Origin: Sphyrna mokarran
Lineage: Eukaryota
DNA: 64,000 bases
Assembly (NCBI GenBank): GCA_024679065.1
Contig: JAGIQG010000003.1
Coordinates: 101,184,001 to 101,248,000, forward strand
Direction of reading: 5' to 3'
In this document: in pieces, positions 14,196 through 27,848 of the stretch
How the letters are laid out: every line of letters starts with the position of its first letter
Position numbering within the stretch: the first letter of the stretch is position 1
The notes under the pieces: generated by a model
What the model saw: the letters and a program-made list of their open reading frames with translations, nothing else
The model's database searches: none
Told to the model about the DNA's origin: nothing
Translations under genes and position numbers: made by a program

Positions 14196-15781
14196 TATGG
14201 CAAGACTTAGCACCTCCAGGACATCAAATCTGAAAGAGCCACTTATAGGTTCCCTCCCCACCCCACCCACACCTCCCTTCAATGCTATAGTGTTTCGGGG
14301 CCAAGGAATGCTGCCATCCTCCATCCGAATTTCTAGAAGCAACACCAGATACTGCTGAGGTGAGTAATGACGTTGTTCCAGGTGTGTTACAGTCTGGCAT
14401 GTCTTCCCTGCGTCAGAAAGACCATGTCACCATGGAGGATCAGACGTGGTTGTTTGGACTTCATTTGCAAATGAGTTTCAAGCCGGCTTCCAGCAGGTTT
14501 CCTGCTTTGCCATGGTGGGCACCAGCAAAAGATCTACTGTAAAATCAAACTGGCATGAAGCCAATATTGGGGCCTCTTGTCAAATGCGCTGCTACCTCCC
14601 TCTTCCTCCTCCCCCAACCCCCCCAGCCTCACCATCTCCACCCCCCCCCCCCCAATACTCCCCACCCCCCGCCTCCCTCCACCCACTATTTAACTGATCA
14701 GCAAAGGCTTGGAAGAATTCTAGCTAGTATACTTGAAAAATTGTGATAAAGTTCTTCTGATGCCAGTCAATATTGACTGGGCAGCTAATGATAGCTGAAA
14801 ATAATTATATTCTGCCGCAAATTACAGACGGTGAAGGCAAGCCTAGGCATATCAGCCTTTAGCATGTGCTTTGTTTGATACTTGAGTAGCATGTTTTGGT
14901 CAGGATTGGTCCACTGTCCTCAGGCTTTTGTAAATGGAAATCACCTGTATCCAGGTGACAAAAGTTTTGTTGAATATGAATCCTTCAAAAGTATATTCAC
15001 CATTATTTTAATAAAAGTGAAGGTGTAAATGCAAGGTCAACATGTCTTAGGTATTCTACTTCCAACGGCTTCTGAGTACTGGCATTTATTGAATTATGTT
15101 GCTTTCTATGTATACTGTACTTTGTTGTGCGGACTACAGCTGTCAATTATTTTATATTTTTATGCTTTGACTCCATCGGTTCCTGGCATTATTTTTTAAA
15201 ATAAATCCATTTGCTCCTCAGTTTTGAAATGAATCTGAAAAGTAAGCTCCTTGCAAACCTAACTGAGGTGTCATTTGCAAAGGTTATCAGGGTTTAGAAC
15301 TGATACTCTCTGCTCTGCTCTGCTCTTCTGTTTCATTGTTACTGTTGTTTAATGAATAGGGAAATTGTAATCCAATCCATTTTTACTCTATTTCTGTCAC
15401 TGATTGTCAATAAATCAGACAGGCCTTCTTATCTTGTTTATTTTTCAGGATTTTGGAACAGCAAGTTTGGGGGCAGGGGAGCTTTTTGCACAGACAGTGA
15501 ATTCCTGCAAGTGCACAAGATGAATGACCTAATAATTTTTATGCTATGCTAAAGGAATATTCCACATTGAAGGTAGTCTGGGTGGTTAGACTTTAGTTTA
15601 AATTGACAATTTTGTACTGTATACTCTGTAGTAAGTAACAAGATTGAGAAAGCCATTTTTATACTAATACATGGCTAACAAAATCATTTTGTGTTCTGTA
15701 TTAACCACATGTATTAATACAATTGCTGTATTGAAGTAGTAACAGGTATGAAGTAAATGATTTTAAAATTCTTTCACAGTT

Positions 15782-16103
15782 GAATCATAGAATCCATACA
15801 GTGCAAAAGAAGGCCATTCAGCCCATCAAATCTGCACTGACAACAATCCCACCTAGGTCTAATTCCCATAACTCCACATATTTAATTCACTAATCCCTCT
15901 AATCTATGCATTCCAGGATATTAAGGGGCACTTTAGCATGGCCAATCAGCCTAACCCACACATCTTTGAAAGGAAACTGGAGCATCCAGAGGCAGCTCAC
16001 ACAGACACGGGGATAATGTGCAAACTCCACATAGTGACCCAAGCTGGAAATCGAACACATGTCCCTGGAGCTGTGAGGCAGAAGTGCTAATCACTGTGCC
16101 ACC
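15782..16103 (-). mobile_element. HE1-type SINE
   Basis: Full length, from the catagaat tail to the ctgtgaggcagaagtgctaatcactgtgccacc head. Confidence 0.88.
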
Positions 16104-16315
16104 AAACTGTCCTTTTTTCCTTTATTTTTTGTGGACATTTTGGTGAGATCAGCATTGATTCCCCATTGCTAATGCTCTTGAATTTGTGGCTGGCAGGGCC
16201 ATTTTGGAATGAGTCAATTACAGAGTCACATGTAAGCCAGACCAGGTAGAGATGGCCAATTCCCTTCTCTAAAAGGACATCGATAATAGTTTCATCATCA
16301 CCATCAGAGAGACTA

Positions 16316-16516
16316 GGGACAAAATTACCCTCTGCCCCAACAGTGAGCTTTGTGACAGGGGAGGCAGCCCATCATTATCTAGTAGTGAGATCTTTTGGTC
16401 CCTCAACAGATTTTCCCATTGTTTGCACCCTCCGCCACTGGGGAATCCATGGAGGGTGGTCAAATTGGGTAGAATCAGAAAATCCCACTGGCGGAAACAG
16501 CTGGAAAATTTCAGCC
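16316..16516. mobile_element. Harbinger-type MITE inside a LINE 3' fragment
   Basis: Termini gggacaaaatt / aaaatttcagcc, with an internal gattttccca / gaaaatccca architecture like 2049-2257. Confidence 0.6.
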
Positions 16517-17809
16517 AACGTTTCAATTCCAGGTTTTGATGAGTTACATTTAAATTTATTAGCTGCCTTGATGAGGCTTAAACCCACAGCCCATAGCATT
16601 CACCTGGGCCCCTGGATTACTGGTCCATTGATATTATCACAACACCACCATCTCCTCCTGGATTGTATGAGTAATGAGCCTCAAGTTATAATTAATGTTT
16701 CAATAATCATATTAGATAGTCCGGGTTTTCATTTAAAATTCAATGATTATAACTGAGAGAAAGTGCAGTTCCGGAAAAACTTTCGAACAATGGAACTTTT
16801 GAAAATCCTGATAGAGGTCTCTGGGAAAGACACATTACAACTTTGCAGACTCTGGCACTCAGCAAATAGATAAGTTGTTCCAAATCAGATTAAGAGACAC
16901 CATGGTCTAAGAACCAATCAAATTAACCTAGCAACAGCTAGAGGCAATCAATAAATTAGCAACAACCTGACAATGACATAAGGTGGTAGTCACTCAGGGG
17001 TTAAGAGCCAAGCTTCTGTCATGTTTCATTGCTAGCCAAGCACTGAAAACTCACAAGACAAAAACCACATGTCAATCTTTGCAAGGGGAATCATATTGAG
17101 ATGGAGTCTTGGGCAGGTGAAACCTTAACATTCAGATCAGCAGATTGCACAGCCAGATTAAGATGTAAAAGCCACTGTTCAAAGTTTGTGGAATACATTT
17201 TTGTTCTTTAACACGGTTGGGTCAGGAGAGAGCCTTTGAAGAAGGTTAGCCCAATAGGATAGCGGGAGGAAGAAAGTGACTGTGGCAACACATCAACACA
17301 AAGATTAAGACTATTCAACGAGATCTATAAGTCCCTTGTACTTAATGTTAAACATTAAAAACAAACATGAGTTTATTTGCTTGTATTCTGGCCAAAGATA
17401 ATAACACACCATGTAAAGTAACACTATTAAATAGCTCTAAGAGCATGCATTGCTCCATGGTAATGCTGAGCATCTTATTGCAAATTAGACCACAAGCAAA
17501 GTCATACTGAGATGGTATCCCAAAGTTATTTTTTCACCTCTCTATGCTAGCTAGGCCAGAAAATCAAAGCTATATGCTCAGATGTGTCTACTGTTTCATA
17601 TACTGGTCAATTAATTTTCAGTAAAATTTCATGTTAGTAAAAGACCTGATGAAACTCAATTTGCTGAGAGAATTAAAAGGTTCAAAGGTCTAATAATGGA
17701 ACTTCTTATAGTCTTTTTGCATCAATTACAGTTATAATATGGTTAGTGAACAATTGAAGCCTCACAAGATTATCTCTAAGATACATGCCTTCACTGAAAG
17801 CAAGTAGGC

Positions 17810-18420
17810 AGGTGCACAAAGCATTAAGAAAGCAAATGATGTGTTAATCTTCATTGTGAGGCAACTTGAATACAGAAGCAAGGTTGTCTTACTGCAGCTG
17901 TACAGGGCGTTGGTGAGACCACACTTACAGTGTTGTGTGTGGCTTTGACCACCTTATCTAAGATCTATTTGCCATTGAAACAGTGTGGCAAAAGTTCACC
18001 AAACTGATTCCAAGTTTGCAGGAATGTTCTATGAGGAGGGAGATGGGTTGACTGTACCTGTATTCGCAGGAATTTGGAAGGATGAATGAGGGGGGATCTA
18101 ATTGAAACATTTAAATTCTGACATTGCAGGACAGGCTTGTTGTTTCCTCTGACTGGGAGATCTAGAACAAGGGGTCATAGAGTCAGGTTACGTGATAGGC
18201 CATTTATGACTGAAATGAGGATGTTGGTGAACCTGTGGAAGTCACTACCACCGATCGCTGTGGAAGCCAAATCACTGAATATATTTAAGGGGGAAAAATA
18301 GAGATTTCTAGATTCTAAAGGCATCAAGGGGTATAGGGAGAGAGTATATAGGCAATATAGTGTTGAGTTAGAGGATCAACCATGATCATACTGAATAATG
18401 GAACAGGCTCAAAGGGCCAA
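17810..18420 (+). mobile_element. CR1 LINE 3' part
   Basis: ctgtacagggcgttggtgagaccacac (LYRALVRPH) and a typical CR1 3' UTR. Confidence 0.85.
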
Positions 18421-18426
18421 AAGAAT

Positions 18427-18717
18427 GGCACAGTAGTTAGCACTGCAGCCTCACAGTGCCAAGGAATTGAGTTCAATTTCTTGTTTCGGTGTTTGTCACT
18501 GTGGAGTTTGCATGTTCCTTCCCATATCTGCATGGGTTTCCTCCAGATGCTCTGGTTTCCTCTCACAGTCCAAAAGATGTGCTGGTGAGGTGCATTGGCC
18601 ATGCTAAATTCTCTCTCAATGTATCCGAACAGGAACCTGAGCGAGGCGACGAGGAGATTTTCACAGTAACTTCATTCCAATGTTAATGTAAGCTTATTTG
18701 TGACACCAATAAATAAA
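18427..18717 (+). mobile_element. HE1-type SINE with alternative 3' tail
   Basis: HE1 head and core followed by ...gattttcacagtaacttcatt...tgtgacaccaataaataaa instead of the CR1-type tail. Confidence 0.85.
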
Positions 18718-19955
18718 AAATGGCTTATTCTTGCCTCTTTTTTTTGTATTTCTTTGAAGTTGAATGGTTTACCTCAATACATCATAGAAGATATCACCCA
18801 AGTTTATTGAATTAATGAAAAGTATATGGTAGGGCTGGTTTAATGGAATGTAATTTGGCTTTCACATTTGTGTAACATTACAGTTCTTGCTTTGACGTTT
18901 AATCATAATAAATAATGTGTAATGTAATTTTAATTATGACTAGTTTTCTTGGAGTATTAGCTGTTATAAACTATGTTTATCCTTTGGGAATTGTATACTG
19001 TTAAGTCATAACTGATGAACAGGAGACTTTTAACAATTAATCATTCTGATGAAAATGGAGGAAATCAATTGTTAAGTCACAAATATTAAGCCAAAAAAAG
19101 TACAAAATACTGAAGAACGAGATCAACCAAAATATGTTGAACCCTTGATAATATTTTACTTTATGCATGTTGTTTGGGCCAGTTTGATTTTTCATTGCAA
19201 ATCTTGCTTATAGTACCTTACATCTTAATGAAATATTAATGCTTACTCATTTGTCATTTGCTAATTAACACTACAAGCAGTAGGAAGTCTATATCATTAT
19301 GCAAATGTTAATTAGATCATAATTTATGTTAAGCATTTTCTTGCACAATAGGGTACCTTTCCATTTAGTGCTAGTTAAACTTTATGAATAGTTTCCAGTT
19401 TTTACTGCAGACTCTTCCCCATAGAAAGAGACAAACAGCATCCACGGAATGATCAGTGGAAGTTTTATTTAATATTATTATCCTTCAGTTTTCAAATGAC
19501 ACTTACACCTTCGTTCCAGGAGATCAATATAAACTCGATTTTTGAAGAAAACTTTGCCATGAAAACATTTCAGAAATAAAAGTATTTGCATCATTGCACA
19601 CCTCTGAGCAGTTTGTTGCTTACAATTGGCTTTAAAATGATCTGCATACATAAAAAGAATCCTGTTTAATTCATTATCGAATAGTAAATATGACAAATAA
19701 GGTTGTGACATCAAACCATTAACTGAGGCTGTCATATATTACTTGCAGAGAATTAAATTCAAATGTCTGTTAAATGGGGGCCAAAATCTGAACTCTTATC
19801 AGTTTATGCTCAATTAGTCCATTTCATACCAGTATTCTGTCTATCTATCATTATTAGCTCTTGCCATTGCTTCATTGTTCTTGTAGATTGATTGAGGATA
19901 TTAATGTCTAAAAGGTTTCTGACAGGTTTAACTGCAATTTCTTTTCAAATACAGG

Positions 19956-20093
19956 NNNNNNNNNNNNNNNNNNNNNNNNNNNNNNNNNNNNNNNNNNNNN
20001 NNNNNNNNNNNNNNNNNNNNNNNNNNNNNNNNNNNNNNNNNNNNNNNNNNNNNNNNNNNNNNNNNNNNNNNNNNNNNNNNNNNNNNNNNNNNN
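19956..20093. other. Assembly gap (138 N)
   Basis: Run of n characters. Confidence 1.
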
Positions 20094-21122
20094 CTAACTT
20101 TGAACCGGAAAAATAAAAAGTGGAGCTATATAGTTACTTTATTTGTAAAGACCGGGGAATGAATTGCTTTGTAAATATAGATCTGGAAGTGCTACGTACA
20201 GTCATGTGCCAAACAACAATGACTCACATCTCTTAATGGTTAAAGATTATATCATCAGAATACCCTCAAGTTGTGTTTTGGTACCCCTCAGAAATCCCTA
20301 TGCAGTGAATCCATGGGAATTGACCAAGAAGTTGCAACTTCCAAAGTACAACTTTCCTGCTCCTTACAACATTCTGAAAAAATCTTCAACTCTTCAGTGA
20401 GGATCAAAAACTTTGGACAGTCCTAACTTACTCCTCTTAGTAGCTACCCAGAAAATGTTAGGCAGAAAAATCCACATTTAACTCTTGGGTAACTATACAA
20501 CAGTCCCTCTCCTACTCCTCCTTCTCCCAGTCTCCCCCCAAAACATCTCCCACCAATTTTCTCCATCCCCTTAGTCTCCAACTCAAGCTGACTCACCCCA
20601 ACACTTGAGAAACTCTCGTTCCCCTGATTCCCCAACTCTCCACTCAACTGCTCGGAGTATCCCCCATCATCCAACTTCTCCTCACTCTTCCCCTTACTGA
20701 ACCTGACTAGGCAATCCTTGGTGACCTTACCCAACTACATCCCAACCCAGATATCACTTACCTCACCCACTTACCCATCTGTATACTCAATCACTCACAT
20801 TGAAAGATTGTTTAAATGTCCCAAAGCTTTTCAGTGTCCTGGCATAAGCAATCTAGAGTATAATGGTTAATGTCATACAAAGGAGGCATTGTTCATCTTT
20901 CTCTAATAAACAGCACTCTGAGGAAGCAGTTCAATTGAAGATACGCTCTGCATTTTTGAAGAAACAAGTAACCAGAAGTAACAAGTGGCTTTGTACATTG
21001 ATGCTATTCAGCACTCTAAAGGCAAGCTTTTGTGAACAATTATGTTTGTATAACAAATGGAGTAAAAAAAAAATCAAGACTAGGAGTTGCATTTTATTAT
21101 CTATATAAAATTATACTTTTAT

Positions 21123-22198
21123 AAACTGAAAATGTTAGAAAAACTCAGCAAGGCTGACAACATCTGTGGAGGGAGAAAGATTTACTTCTTCAGGTTGGTA
21201 ACATTCATCAGAAAAAAATTCTAGCAATAGGTCATTGGTCTGGAACATTAATTCTGTCCATTCTCTCTCCAGCTGCTGCCAAAAATGCTAAGTGGGAGAA
21301 GATCTTACCAAAAACATTCTAAGTACCAAATGAGCATGAATCCTGATGAATTTCAGCTCCGTTTTTCAGCAAGACAAAATATCAAATCTTATGACATTTA
21401 GAAACAAAAATGAAGCAAAGTGTGATTCTCACCAGTAGGGAGAGTAGATGGAGTCTATTCATGCTGGGGACCAGCTGCTGATTGCTAGAAGGTATTATTG
21501 CGCATGCACCCCAATAGCCCAATGAATGTCAAGAGTACAGAGTACACTGGGAGATTATCACCCACTCATTGCCCTGGACATTGCACACCCAACCCCCCAT
21601 CACCTGCCCACAATCTCAGCTACAAACCCCACTCTGATTGTGGCCCTGGATTGTGACCCTGATAGTACTCCCTCAATCGTGCCCCCTAGCCAATAGGTGT
21701 CCCTGATAGATGCCGAGACCGGTAGTGCTAGAGCCCTAGGCTGGCACTGCCCAAGGGGCACTTCTCTCTCTAACTCCAACCATGTGGGAGGCCTCAATGG
21801 TCTCTGGTCCCACCAGAAAGACCATCACATCAGGTCTCCTTTGGTGAGGGACCATATGTGATCCTCGCAGGTAGGGATTTCTACCAGCGAGGCCTTTAAG
21901 GCAAGTGCAGCTGGGATGATTGCATTACTGGCTCACTCATAATATTTAAATTAACTTATAAATATTTAAAACAGCCTCGTGCCCTTCTTAGGCACATGAC
22001 TGATTAAGCTGGTGAAACAGGAGCAGTAGTCTCGTGAGAGACAAGAAACCGGGCACAAACCCAATTTCCCACTTCTCTTGCAATCCTACCTGTTCACTGC
22101 GCTAATCAACCGGAATGGCAAGCTGATAAGATTGCTCCTGAGTATTGCCAGCAGTTTCGGTTTTTATTTCCAATTTCCAGCATCCACAGTAGTTTGCT
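21123..22198. mobile_element. Fold-back Penelope-derived short element, interrupted by a Harbinger-type element
   Basis: The arms aaactgaaaatgttagaaaaactcagca...ggagggagaa and ttctctctcc...tgct/agtattgccagcagtttcggttt are inverted copies. A decayed hammerhead-like core CTGATGA...GAAG lies on the minus strand at about 21185-21211. Confidence 0.6.
21294..22140. mobile_element. Non-autonomous PIF/Harbinger-type element
   Basis: Imperfect TIRs gggagaagatcttacc / gataagattgctcctg, flanked by a 3-bp AGT duplication. It interrupts a host repeat. Confidence 0.7.
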
Positions 22199-24654
22199 GG
22201 TGCCGATAGATTCATTGGAAGGCAGCAGAACATTCTGCCTTTCTCCTGTTGTCCCAACTCCAGTACTGGTAAATGCAACTAATCAAGTATTCAAGTGTAC
22301 GCTTCAGTTAACATCTTGAAAATCCTGTCATCTTGGTGTGTACAACATGAGTTACTTTTGAGAGAAAGAAATATAATTTAGATTGTTGCAGTGGTAAAGA
22401 ATATTGCTGCATATACAGTACATATTAAGCAATATTTTGTTGCGGTCTTGTCCTCCACATGGGCAAAATGGATGATAGCGGTAGATCTTTATTATGCCCA
22501 GGGGAATAAAATTCAAATACGCGCTGCTTGCAAAAGCAATCATATGCCAAAAATAATTTTATTAATCCACCTCCATCGAAGCAAAGTCTCACGTAAAGCA
22601 TGTAAGATGAAAGCAGAATTAACCCAAGAGTGAGGAAAATCAGCCTCTAAGTAGTGGAATGCTGTCATATTTTGGATAAAAGTAATCCAAGGTGAACATA
22701 CTTGAGCCAAGACTTCAATGAGGTTGCCTTTCAACCTCAAAAAAAATCAAACGTGCAAATTTTAAATAGCTGTTAATATGAAATGTTAAATTAGAATGCT
22801 GTGCTTCCCACTAAAGCTATTAATATTCCAGAGTCGTTTTCAAGCCACATAAATGACCTATGTTAAATTGAAAAATTCATACGTCTGTGGGGAAATCATT
22901 GCATTAAGTATTTTCTGTCCAGACCTCCTACTAGATTTGCCTGTGAAAATCTTAATTGATTATTTTCCATATATATACACAAATTTGTTGTAAAAACTGG
23001 ACAGATCAATTGAAAATCCTTTGAGTACTTGCACAACCAAAATGTTGTTTCATTAGCTGCTCAAGTTAATATTTGTAAGTCTTTTGTGTGGATTGAAGAT
23101 ATCTGGCATTATTTTCAAAATACATTTGTCCAGTACTGGTGTATTGTTATAAAATCAAATGCCATTTACAAATCTTTACCAATAAATGTTATTCCCTTGG
23201 CTTATTTAAAACTATAATACATAATAAACCCCCAAAATATGTTTAATGATTTGTAATCCTCAAGGCAATACATTTGAATTCTCTCCTTAACAACAATTAA
23301 TACAGTCACAGCTATTTAGATTTGTGCATTAAAGTCCAGTACACATCTTCATAGAAAGGTTACCAACATCTGTGAATCCAATCAATGATCTTTCTCATTC
23401 TCATGATTATTGGAAGTTAACATGTATAGCATATTGCTAAGCACCAAACATAAATGGACAATTGCAAAGTCATATTTGAAAAATAAATCTTAAAACAAAT
23501 ACATTTATGATGCATTTCTGGTCAGTTTATTACCACATGCATCCTTGCACAATTTTTGTTTTCGTGAGAAATGATCGCTCTTTCTGCTGATCGAACCTCA
23601 TATATGCAACAAAACCTGATCTTCAGCTTGGTCTCAGCTGTACAGCAAACCCCACTTCACCCAACAATTTCTTCATGTCAGCATTGGGGCACAGAATGAT
23701 CTTAATTCTCATCTTTCTTCCCATGTTAATTCTCATTGAGGATCTGCACATTTACAGTCAGATTTATACAAAACATGGCAAAAAAGCCTTCTAATTATGC
23801 TTTGACTATGCCCATATTGTAGATTCACCTGGAACAGGAGGGCCTATATCAGTTCTTTCAAAAGGACCATCCAATTAGTCTCAGTTTGCCCATATCCTGA
23901 CAATGTTTTTCTTTTTAAATATCAATCCCTTTTTAAGTTACTGTTTAATCTACTTCCTCCCCCCTTTCAGAAACAAGAGGAGTAATAGAAGGTCAGGACA
24001 GTACAATGGAAAGTAGCAATAGGGGACAATGTATTTAGGGGGATAGATACTGTTATTGTTTTCTACAACTGACAGCATGTGACTGAAGGCTATATTGCCT
24101 GCCTTGTGCTCAATTGCAGTGGGATTAAATTTTCATGGTCTATGTGGGTGACATAGGAAGAACTAAGAAAGAAATTCTGCTAAGTGGGTATGAGCAACTA
24201 GGTGTTAAATTAAAAGTACTAATCTCTGGGTTGTTATCTGGGACATGAACAAATTACCACTGCGTAAAAAACACTTAGAGTTCAGTGCAGAGCTCAGAGT
24301 CTGGCATGGGAGAAATAGATTTGATCCATCGGCCATTGGCAACTGTGCTGGGGAAAGAGGGAGTTGCACCTTGGGACACCCTTCACTTGAACCATCTTGG
24401 AACAAGAAACCCAAGAAAATCAGTTAAAAAGGTCTGTGGGAATGGCATTAAACTAAATATTGGTGGAGTTGGGAAGGTCCAAGTGAAGGAAATGTAGAAA
24501 GTTAACAAAAAGAAAGAAGATAATAGTGCAGTATAGCATAGTGGCTAATCATAACCAGAGTGTGAAAGGAAGAGGCAGAGCATATCAGTATACAAGAGTA
24601 CACCAGACCATAGGGACAGAGCTATAAAAAATGATAAAAATACAAGAATTAAAA

Positions 24655-24960
24655 GTTGGAATCTTACCACCTTTCATGCCAACAGGGTTAGGTAGATATG
24701 CAGTTTAGGTGGATTGGCCATGATAAATTGAACCCGACGTCAGGAGGATTAATCAGGTAAATAAATGGGATTACAGGAATAGGGCCTGGATGGGATTGTG
24801 ACCGGTTCAGACTCAATGGGCTGAATGGCCTTCTTCTGCACTGTAGGATTCTCCAGATCTATGGATTTTCCCATTCCTCTGCATAGAACAGAGACTTGGC
24901 TGGCCGCCAAATTCTCACTGCAGCAGGAATGTGGCATGAAGGGCTGGTAAGACTGCCTCC
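24655..24960. mobile_element. Harbinger-type MITE containing an HE1 SINE 3' half (24690-24851)
   Basis: TIRs ggaatcttaccacctttcatgcca / tggcatgaagggctggtaagactgcc. The internal ttaggtggattggccatg...gcactgtaggattct is HE1-like. Confidence 0.68.
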
Positions 24961-25282
24961 ATAGAATCACAAAATTCCCTGCAGTGCAGAAGAAGGCCAC
25001 TCAGTCCATCAAGTCTGCACCGACAACAATTCCACCCAGACCCTATCCCTGTAACGTGACATAATTATCCTGATAATCCCCCTGAGACTAAGGAACAATT
25101 TATATGACCAATCAATCTAACCCACACATTTTTGGATTGTGGGAGCAAACAGGATCACCCCGAGGAAACCCATGCAGACACAGGGACAAAATGCAAACTC
25201 CACACAGTCACCTGAGGTTGGAATTGAACCCGGGGCCTGGACACTGTGAGGCAGCAGTGCTAACAATTGTGCCACTGTGCCA
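24961..25282 (-). mobile_element. HE1-type SINE
   Basis: Same head, core and tail as 15782-16103. Confidence 0.88.
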
Positions 25283-26339
25283 TTCAAAGACTTCTTATCT
25301 GAAATCATGCTTCATTCACAACATGATGAATGAATTGATAGCACAAATAGAACTAAATGGTGTATTATATGATAGCACTACAGCTTGTTCACAAAGTGAT
25401 CAAGGCTAGGAACTAAATACTTAAGGGGTTTTCACACTTCAGAATGACAAGAAGAAAATAAAAGGAGGTAGGGTATCTCTGTTAATAAAGGATGAGAGCA
25501 GCATAAGAAATGATCTTGGCTTGGAGGATCAAAATGTAGCCTCAGTTTAGGTGGAGATAGGAAAATATGTCACTGGTAGGAATAGTTTATATTTTTATAA
25601 CACTAACTACAGTGTAAAACATTATGCATCAACATATGATTAGGGCTTGTGAGAAAGTGTTTACAATAATCAAAGGTGATTTTAATCTTTGTATAAATTG
25701 AACAAATCAAATTGGCAAAGGTAAAATATGATGGGTTCTTAGAATATATTGATGTCTTATGACTGTATGTTCTTGAACCAACCAAGGAATAGGCTATTTT
25801 AAACCTGATAATGTGTAATGAGACAGGATTAACTAATGATCACATTATAAAGTATCATATGGTAGAATTTCACAATTAATGTGGGGGTAATAAATGTGGG
25901 CCTTTAACCAGTGTCTTAAATTTAAATAAAGGTAATTTTAAGGGTATAAGAACAGAACAGGCTGAAGTGCACTGGGAAAATTGTTGTTTAAGAACATAAA
26001 ACTCTTAAATAGAAATAAAAAATGTAAATATCTCAGAATTAAGAAAATGAATCAAGGAATATGGGTGATGAATGATTTGATTTAATGTTGAACCATTAGA
26101 ATGGCCAGATGAATCAAAATCATCATATTTGATCCAGAACACTTCTTTGTCACTAAGAAGAAGATTGACACCATTGACAGAATAGTCAAGTCACAGAATT
26201 ACAACTCCAAACAAATATACTTCATGCTCTGATGCTTGCTCCACTGTCAAAAAAAATGACAATATGATTGATAAAGAAAAACATTTCTCACTCAAAACAT
26301 GGTGCATGCACAAATCTTTGCAATCTGGACAATGTTGTG

Positions 26340-27105
26340 ACAGATCATTTAAGCTGAGCAGCAGGAACCCCCAACAATTGTCCCAGGCCTAAACCAAAGC
26401 TACTCCTATTAAGAGAAATGGATCTGTGCTATTTTTATTGACAGTGTAGACCTACATCTGAATCATCTTGCAAAATAGACACCCCATCAACTATATAACT
26501 CATTTACCATTACTTTCCAGCACACTACTAGAACTGTAATGTCTAACCATGCACAAATTGTCTAGTGTTTCCTGCCATTACAGCAATGACTGCATTTCAA
26601 AATTACTTCATTGAACCATGAAGCCAAGTGCCAATGTGGTGTATCTTGCATTAGGTTTCATTGAGACTTTCATGGAAGGCAATTTTTTACACCATTCCAC
26701 AGCAGCTTACTTTAACCTGTGTTGCTTTAAGACTCAGGCGATTGCATTCTCACTTTTGAAGTACAGCGTCGTGGCTTTCAAGCCTCTTTCCAGAGACTTA
26801 CACACATAATCAAGGATGATTAGTGCAGTTCTAATGGAAAATCGTGCTTTTGGCATTGTTACTGTTGGATGAGACTTGAACTCAAAGCTAGATCCACCTG
26901 CTGAAGTGGGCATTAAAAAACCCTATTCAAGCAGGAGTCTTCTGCTGCATTTATTTCTTAACCAGTGTTCCAATTCATCTCAGTACATTTTGTAAGACCT
27001 TGCCATGCACAAATTGCCTGGTGTTTCCCAACATTACAACAGTGACAACATTTCAAAATTACTTCACTGGTTGCAAAGTAATTTAGGACAGCCCGAGGTT
27101 TGTCA
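26340..27105 (+). mobile_element. Two adjacent degenerate Deu-domain SINE copies
   Basis: The 3' block ccatgcacaaattg...gtgtttcc...cattaca(g/a)ca(a/g)tgac...catttcaaaattacttca is repeated at about 26545-26615 and 27000-27070. Confidence 0.6.
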
Positions 27106-27564
27106 TTTTTCAAATCATTCGACATGTCTCAGAGATTTCGCACCCAAAGTCTCTCCCACATAACACCTTGATTTTTCAGTAATCACAAGCTGCACACCAT
27201 CGCAGACATTCCAAACCGACAAAATTGATTCAACCAAGGACGTATGATTCCGAATCTACAGGGGTCAGTGACTTGACCCAGCTCTCATATTGTTTTAAAC
27301 GGTGCCAGTGTCAAAGGACATCCAGGCAAGAATCAGATAAGTATATTGGAGTCACTGAATAGAAGCACCACAGTCCAGCTTGTCACCCCAGAAATTTTAA
27401 ATGCTCAGGTTGTCTCTCAGTTTTTTTTCCCTAATTCCTAAAGGTGGATTGTGCCAGCATCATCGAAAGTAAATTGTTTTTACAATACATTGGTGTTTAT
27501 GATTTTAACTTTCCTCACCCAGTAAGCTCTCACCATACTTCAAAACATTCATAAGCGTGTACAT

Positions 27565-27848
27565 TTAAGTTTAACTGCTTGTCACAAGTCTGCTTGTATT
27601 AACACTACAGTGAAGGTATTGTGAAAATTCCCTAGTTGTCCCACTCCAGCGTACACTGAGAGAGAATTTGGCATTGCTAATCCATCTAATTCACACGTCT
27701 TTTGGACTGTGGATGGAAACTGGAACATCCGGAAGAAACCCACGCAGACATAGGCAGGACATGCAGACTCTGGACAGACAGTGACCCAAGCCGGGGATCA
27801 AACCCAAGTCCCTGGCACTGTGAGGCAGCAATGCTAGCCACTGTGCCA
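27565..27848 (-). mobile_element. HE1-type SINE with alternative 3' tail
   Basis: Reverse complement of the 18427-type element (cttgtcacaagt...tgtgaaaattccctagttg). Confidence 0.82.

Larger units (their letters stand above)
24000..25980 (+). mobile_element. CR1 LINE 5' and endonuclease region with nested MITE and SINEs
   Basis: ORF1 esterase-like remnants and endonuclease motifs (aaaggaggtagggta..ctgttaataaagga, ggtgattttaatct, tatgttcttgaaccaacca). Confidence 0.7.

Noticed and set aside
17640-19070. Isolated CTGATGA motifs (about 17646, 19013, 19047) as hammerheads
   Set aside because: There is no stem II followed by GAAA and no pseudo-LTR context.
19892-20116. ORF spanning X residues
   Set aside because: Artefact of the N gap.
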